Part shown: piece by piece, positions 59,401-64,000 of the stretch
Layout of the letters: each line of letters opens with the position of its first letter
How positions within the stretch are numbered: the stretch's first letter is position 1
Assembly: GCA_044222065.1 (NCBI GenBank)
Contig: JBGAOA010000002.1
Span: 64,001 to 128,000, forward strand
Length of the DNA stretch: 64,000 bases
Source: Candidatus Eiseniibacteriota bacterium
Lineage (GTDB): Bacteria > Eisenbacteria > RBG-16-71-46
Direction: 5' to 3'
The notes under the pieces: model-generated
Seen by the model: only the letters and a program-made list of their open reading frames with translations
Database searches by the model: none
Told to the model about the DNA's origin: nothing
Position numbers and translations under genes: made by a program

Positions 59401-60735
59401 GTGACGCGACCCGGTCCCGCGCTGAAGCTCGTCGAAGGCGGGCTCGGCCGCGCGGGGGGCGTCGCGCGGGCGTTCGAGTTCGCCGCGGTCGGCGTCGCGT
59501 TCGCGCTCGCGATCGCGGCGCTCGCGCGGCTGCCCGGCTGGTTCTGGTCGCTCGGAGCGTTCCAGGCGCGCTACGGCGTCGCGTTCGCGCTCTACCTCGT
59601 GGCGCTCGCCGGTCTGTCGCGCTGGGAGCGCCTGCCGCGCGTCGGCCTCGCGGTGTTCGCGGTCGCGCTCGCGACGCGCGCACTGCTCGTGCCGCTGCCG
59701 CCGTCGCTCTCGGGCGACGTGTTCCGCTACGTGTGGGAGGGCCGCGTCACGGTGTCGGGCGGCAATCCCTACCGCGAGGCGCCCGACGATCCGGCGCTCA
59801 CGGCGCTGCGCGACCGGGACGTGTGGGAGGGCGTGAACCACAAGTCGCTCTCGACGATCTACCCGCCGCTCGCCGAGGCGGGCTACGCGCTGATCGCGGC
59901 GCTGGCGCCCGGCGTCGTCGCGATGAAAGCGTGGGTCGGCGCGCACGACCTCGCGCTCGTCGCGGCGCTGATCTGGGCGCTCCGCCGGCGCGGACGCAGC
60001 CCCGCGTGGGCGCTCGTGTACGCGTGGAACCCGCTCGTGCTCGTCGAGTACGCGGGGACGGGTCACAACGATCCCACGGCGCTGCTGTGGCTCGTGCTCG
60101 CGATCGAGTGGCGCGAGGACCGGCCCGTCGCGTCCGCGCTCGCGCTCGCCGCGGGCGCGCTCACGAAGCTCGCGCCGCTCGTCGCGCTGCCGTTCCTGTG
60201 GCGGCGCTGGCCGTGGCGCGCGCGCATCGCCGCCGCCGTTCCGCTCGTGCTCGGCCTCGCGTGGTTCGCGCGCGAGACGCACCACACGTACTCCGGGCTC
60301 GCGGCCTACTGGGGCGCGTGGCGCAACAACGAACTGCTGTTCGCAGCCTTCGAGCGCGTGAGCGGCGGATTCGCCGGCGCGCGCGCGCTCGGCCTCGGGC
60401 TCACGGCCGGCGTGGCCGCTGCCGCGTGGTTCCGGCGCTGGTCGCCGGAGGCCGCGGTCGGCGGCACGTTCGCCGCCGCGCTCCTCACCTCGCCGGTCGT
60501 CCACCCGTGGTACCTCGGCTGGCTGCTCGCGCTCGCGCCGTTCCGCCCGGGCGCCTTCGCCGTCGCGTGGTCCCTCACGCTCGTGCTCAACTACGGCGCG
60601 TTCGCGACACCGCCCGAGGGGCGGGGGCACCACCCGCCGCTCGGCGTGCGCGCGATCGAGTATGGTGTCCCCGCGGCGTGCGCCCTGTTGGTGGCGTGGC
60701 GCCGGCGCGTGCGGCCCGGTGCGTGGGGGTTCTGA
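59401..60735 (+). CDS. GT-C fold (GT87-like) membrane glycosyltransferase
   Basis: LSGDVFRYVWEG, GNPY, TIYPP, YAWNPL...GHND and VHPWY; multi-TM. Confidence 0.85.
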   Translation: MTRPGPALKLVEGGLGRAGGVARAFEFAAVGVAFALAIAALARLPGWFWSLGAFQARYGVAFALYLVALAGLSRWERLPRVGLAVFAVALATRALLVPLPPSLSGDVFRYVWEGRVTVSGGNPYREAPDDPALTALRDRDVWEGVNHKSLSTIYPPLAEAGYALIAALAPGVVAMKAWVGAHDLALVAALIWALRRRGRSPAWALVYAWNPLVLVEYAGTGHNDPTALLWLVLAIEWREDRPVASALALAAGALTKLAPLVALPFLWRRWPWRARIAAAVPLVLGLAWFARETHHTYSGLAAYWGAWRNNELLFAAFERVSGGFAGARALGLGLTAGVAAAAWFRRWSPEAAVGGTFAAALLTSPVVHPWYLGWLLALAPFRPGAFAVAWSLTLVLNYGAFATPPEGRGHHPPLGVRAIEYGVPAACALLVAWRRRVRPGAWGF

Positions 60736-62666
60736 GTGTTCGATGCGCTGCAGCGGAGTCTGCGACCGCTCGTCTCCGGGGAGCGCGCCTACGAGTCGTT
60801 GCGCGCACTGACGCGCTTCCACCGCATCCAGTCCACGCCGGGTTACGACGAGGCGGCGCGCTGGCTCGCGGACGAAGCGCGCGCGGCCGGGCTCGAGGTC
60901 GAAGTGGTCGAGGCCGCCGGCGACGGACGCACGCGCTTCGACGGGACGCTGCTCCCCGGCGGCTGGCGGTGCGAGCGCGCGGTCGCGACGCTCCACGGTC
61001 GCGGCGGGGCCGAGGCCCTGTGCGACTTCGGCCGCGAGCCGCTGTCGGTCGTCCAGCGCAGCGCGCCGGCGCGCGGCCGCTTCCGGATCGTCGCGCTGCG
61101 CGCGACGGCACCGAACGCGCGCACTACGACGGGCTCGACGTGCGGGGCGCCGTCGTGCTGACTTCGGGCGCGGTGCAGCGCGTGCACGCGCTCGCCGTGA
61201 TCGAGCGCGGCGCCGCGGGAATCCTCACCGACACGCGCCGGCTGCTCCACGACGTGCGGAGGGAGTCGGACGAGCGCGACGCGCTGAACTACGCGTCGTT
61301 CTGGTGGACCGAGGCGATGCCGCGCGGCTGGGGCTTCGTCGTGACGCCCGGGCGGGGGGCCGAACTGCGCCGGCGCCTCGAAGCCGGCGAGCGACTCGAG
61401 CTCGAGGCCGAGATCGCGAGCGCGTACTACGAGTCGCGCGTGCCGCTCGTGAGCGCGCGCGTCCCCGGACGGGGGCGCCCGCGCGAGGAGGTGCTCGTGC
61501 TCGCGCACCTGTGTCACCCGGCGCCCGGCGCGAACGACAACGGTTCGGGCGTGGTCGCCGCACTCGAGACCGGTCGCGCACTGGGAGCGCTCGCGCGCAC
61601 CCGCGCGTGGACGCCGCGCCGGTCGGTGCGGTTCCTGTGGGTGCCCGAGATCCATGGCACGGCCGCATGGCTCGCGCTGCGGCCCGAGACGCGGCGGCGC
61701 ACCGTGGCCGCGCTCAACCTCGACATGGTGGGGGCGGATCAGGACCAGACCGGTTCGACGCTGCTGCTCGAACACCCGCCGCACTTCACGGCGTCGTTCG
61801 CGGAGGAACTGCTCGCGCACGTGCGCCGCGGCGCGCTCGATTGGATCGAGAGCTATTCGGGCCCCGGGCACGTCTCGCACACGCGGCTCGCCGAAGTGCC
61901 GTTCGGCGGCGGCAGCGACCACATCCTGCTGGTGGACCCGGTCGTCGGGATCCCGTGCCCGATGCTCATCCAGTGGCCCGATCGCTTCTACCACTCGAAC
62001 CACGACACGCTCGACCGCTGCTCTCCCGGCTCGCTCGCGCACGCCGCGCGCACGGCCGCCGCGTACGCCGCGATCCTCGCGCGCGACGATGCCGCGGACC
62101 GGCGCGCGCTCGCGGCGCTGGTCGAGCGGGGCGCCGCGCGGCGCGCGCTCGAGGCGCTCGACCGGGAGGAACCGACCGCGTTCGAGCGCGAGCGGCGGCG
62201 CGGCCTCGCCGCGATCGCGAGCCTCGAGCGCGCGGGTGTGCCGGCCGCGACGCGCGCCGCCGCTCGCAGACGGTTCGCGGCGCTCGAGCGGCTCCACGGC
62301 ACGAAGGCGTCGCGGCGTCCGGGCCGACGGTCCGCGGGGCCGGGCGCGCGCGTACCGGTGCGCACGCGCAGCGCGCCGCTCGACCTGCTCGAACACCTGG
62401 TGCCGGGTTGGGACGGGCTGGACGGCGCCGAGCGCGACGCGTGGCGCGACGGCTTCCTGCGCTCGCCGCTCGGGGCGCTCGGGTTCGAGCTGGCGTGGTT
62501 CGCGTGCGACGGGCGGCGCGATCTCGAGGCGATCGCCGAGACGGTGCGCATCGAGACCGGGAAGGAGCTCGCCGTGTCGCGGCGTGCGGGCGCCGCGAGC
62601 CTCGAGGCGTTCTTCGAGCGCACGGCGCGGCTCGGACTTTCGCGCTGGAAGGGCGGGCGGTCGTGA
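60736..62666 (+). CDS. DUF4910 / M28 family metallopeptidase-like protein, frameshifted
   Basis: The N-terminal part (RFHRIQSTPGY) shifts frame near 61100 into YDGLDVRG..., HLCHP..ANDNGSG, PEIHG, NLDMVG, GSDH and DRFYHS..DT. Confidence 0.82.
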
Positions 62667-63100
62667 AGGCGCAGGCCACGCGGTACGGCTGGATCGTGCG
62701 CTTCGACGCCGGCGAGGAGCTGTTCGAGTCGCTGCGCGCGTTCGCGAAGTCGCACGGCGTCCGCTCGGGAGCGATCTCGGGAATCGGCGCCGCGGGGGAC
62801 TGCGAACTCGGCTACTTCGTGCGCGGAACGCGCGAGTACGTGCGGCGGCGGTTCGAGGGCGAGTACGAGATCGGATCCTTGACCGGGAACTTCAGCGTGC
62901 TCGACGGCGAGCCGTTCCCGCACTGCCACGTCGTGCTCGGCGACTCTGGCTTCGCCGCGTTCACCGGGCACCTGTTTCGCGCGGTCGTGACGGTGACGTG
63001 CGAAGTGCAGGTCGTCACCGACGCCGATGCGCTCGTGCGCGAGACGCGCCCGGACCTCGGCTACAACCCGATCGCCCCTCGAGGCGCCGGCTCGGAGTGA
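62663..63100 (+). CDS. PPC/DUF296 domain protein
   Basis: RFDAGEEL, SGIGA, EIGSLTGN, PHCHVVLG and GHL...VTCEV. Confidence 0.88.
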   Translation: MKAQATRYGWIVRFDAGEELFESLRAFAKSHGVRSGAISGIGAAGDCELGYFVRGTREYVRRRFEGEYEIGSLTGNFSVLDGEPFPHCHVVLGDSGFAAFTGHLFRAVVTVTCEVQVVTDADALVRETRPDLGYNPIAPRGAGSE

Positions 63101-63203
63101 AGGGCGAGGGGCGCGCGTCGCCCGGGCTTCCGGTGCGCGCGCCCGAAGGCGACCGGGCGCACGCGCCGTCGCGGGGACGGCGGCGTGCGCCCGTCGTGCG
63201 ACG

Positions 63204-63863
63204 TCACTTCGCGGCGGCGGCTTCGGTGTAAGCGCGGGTGATCAGCGCCTTCTTGCCGGGGTTCGGGCCCGCGGCGCCGCGCGGAGTCGCGGGATCGTTC
63301 GCGAGCGCGACGATCTTGTCCACGACGTCCATGCCCGAGACGACCTTCCCGAACACCGTGTAGCCGCCGCGATCGAGCGACGGCTGGGCGGCGACGTCGA
63401 TGAAGAACTGACTGCCGCTCGAATCCTTCTTGGGATTCACCTGATCCGAAAGCCGCGCCGTCGCGATCGCGCCGCGCACGTGCGGGAGCTTGATCTCGGC
63501 CGGCACCGTGTAACCCGGACCGCCGAGTCCGTCGTCGTTCGGGTTCTGGTTCTTCGTGTTCGGATCTCCGCCCTGGATCATGAAGCCCGGGATCACGCGG
63601 TGAAAGTAGGTCCCGTCGTAGAACTTCGACTTGACGAGCTTCTTGAAGTTGCCCGCGGTGAGCGGCGCGGCCTGCTCATCGAGCTGGATCACGATCTTGC
63701 CGAGCGCGGTCTCGAGCACCACGACCTCCGGTCCGCCGGGCGCGGCGGGCTTCGCCGCCGCCGCGGCCCTGGCCGCCGCCGGCTTCGCGTTGTCCTCCGC
63801 GCGGGCCACGACCGCGGCGAGCGTGAGTCCGATCGAAAGCATCGTCACGAAACGTCGATTCAT
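63204..63863 (-). CDS. Periplasmic cyclophilin-type peptidyl-prolyl isomerase
   Basis: Signal peptide, FYDGTYFHRVIPGFMIQGGD, SGSQFFI and YTVFGKVV. ATG 63863 follows GGAGGAG. Confidence 0.93.
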   Translation of the reverse strand: MNRRFVTMLSIGLTLAAVVARAEDNAKPAAARAAAAAKPAAPGGPEVVVLETALGKIVIQLDEQAAPLTAGNFKKLVKSKFYDGTYFHRVIPGFMIQGGDPNTKNQNPNDDGLGGPGYTVPAEIKLPHVRGAIATARLSDQVNPKKDSSGSQFFIDVAAQPSLDRGGYTVFGKVVSGMDVVDKIVALANDPATPRGAAGPNPGKKALITRAYTEAAAAK

Positions 63864-63931
63864 TGCTCCTCCAATGAGCGCGCGCGGGAGCCGGCGCGCG
63901 GGGATGGGGCGCGGATCGCGCCCGGGACGCA

Positions 63932-63940
63932 TGCTATACT
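63932..63940 (+). promoter_or_regulatory. Extended -10 element for a gene beyond or at the window edge
   Basis: TGCTATACT followed by a GGGAGG element at about 63962. Confidence 0.4.
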
Positions 63941-64000
63941 GCCGCCCCGCTCGACGCGTCAGGGAGGCCACAACTCCCTCAGCGCAGGGCGGCCACGGCC

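Overview
Very GC-rich bacterial chromosomal DNA with almost all genes on the + strand. A C-terminal FlgD-Ig secreted protein, TonB paralogues and the gene content suggest a diderm FCB-related lineage such as Ca. Eisenbacteria; this is an inference. Gene order: exbD end and 2 tonB; Yip1-tolC-MFP-ABC ATPase with four tandem MacB-type permeases; uvrA; tdh-(TonB-C lipoprotein)-kbl-gcvT-gcvH-gcvPA-gcvPB; an uncharacterised block inside the gcv cluster (PH-like membrane protein, GlmL-like ASKHA ATPase, hybrid-motif protein, four membrane proteins) closed by a lipoate ligase; an Opp/Dpp ABC importer; a 570-bp structured intergenic region; a bacterial microcompartment (BMC) operon with no signature enzyme; FmdB-HU-bS22-rnr-PilZ-aroA-cmk-plsC-rpsA; a secreted propeller/FlgD protein; TPR-SPOR and mutS; three minus-strand genes (YkgJ-like, YvlD-like, yitJ-like); an S55 peptidase and propeller partner; a GT-C glycosyltransferase; an M28/DUF4910 peptidase; DUF296; a cyclophilin. 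No rRNA, tRNA, CRISPR, IS or prophage was seen. About five genes carry small indels that look like long-read assembly errors. The best candidates for an undescribed system are the GlmL-like ATPase plus membrane complex in the glycine-cleavage cluster, and the orphan BMC. All family names come from motif recognition by eye, not database searches.
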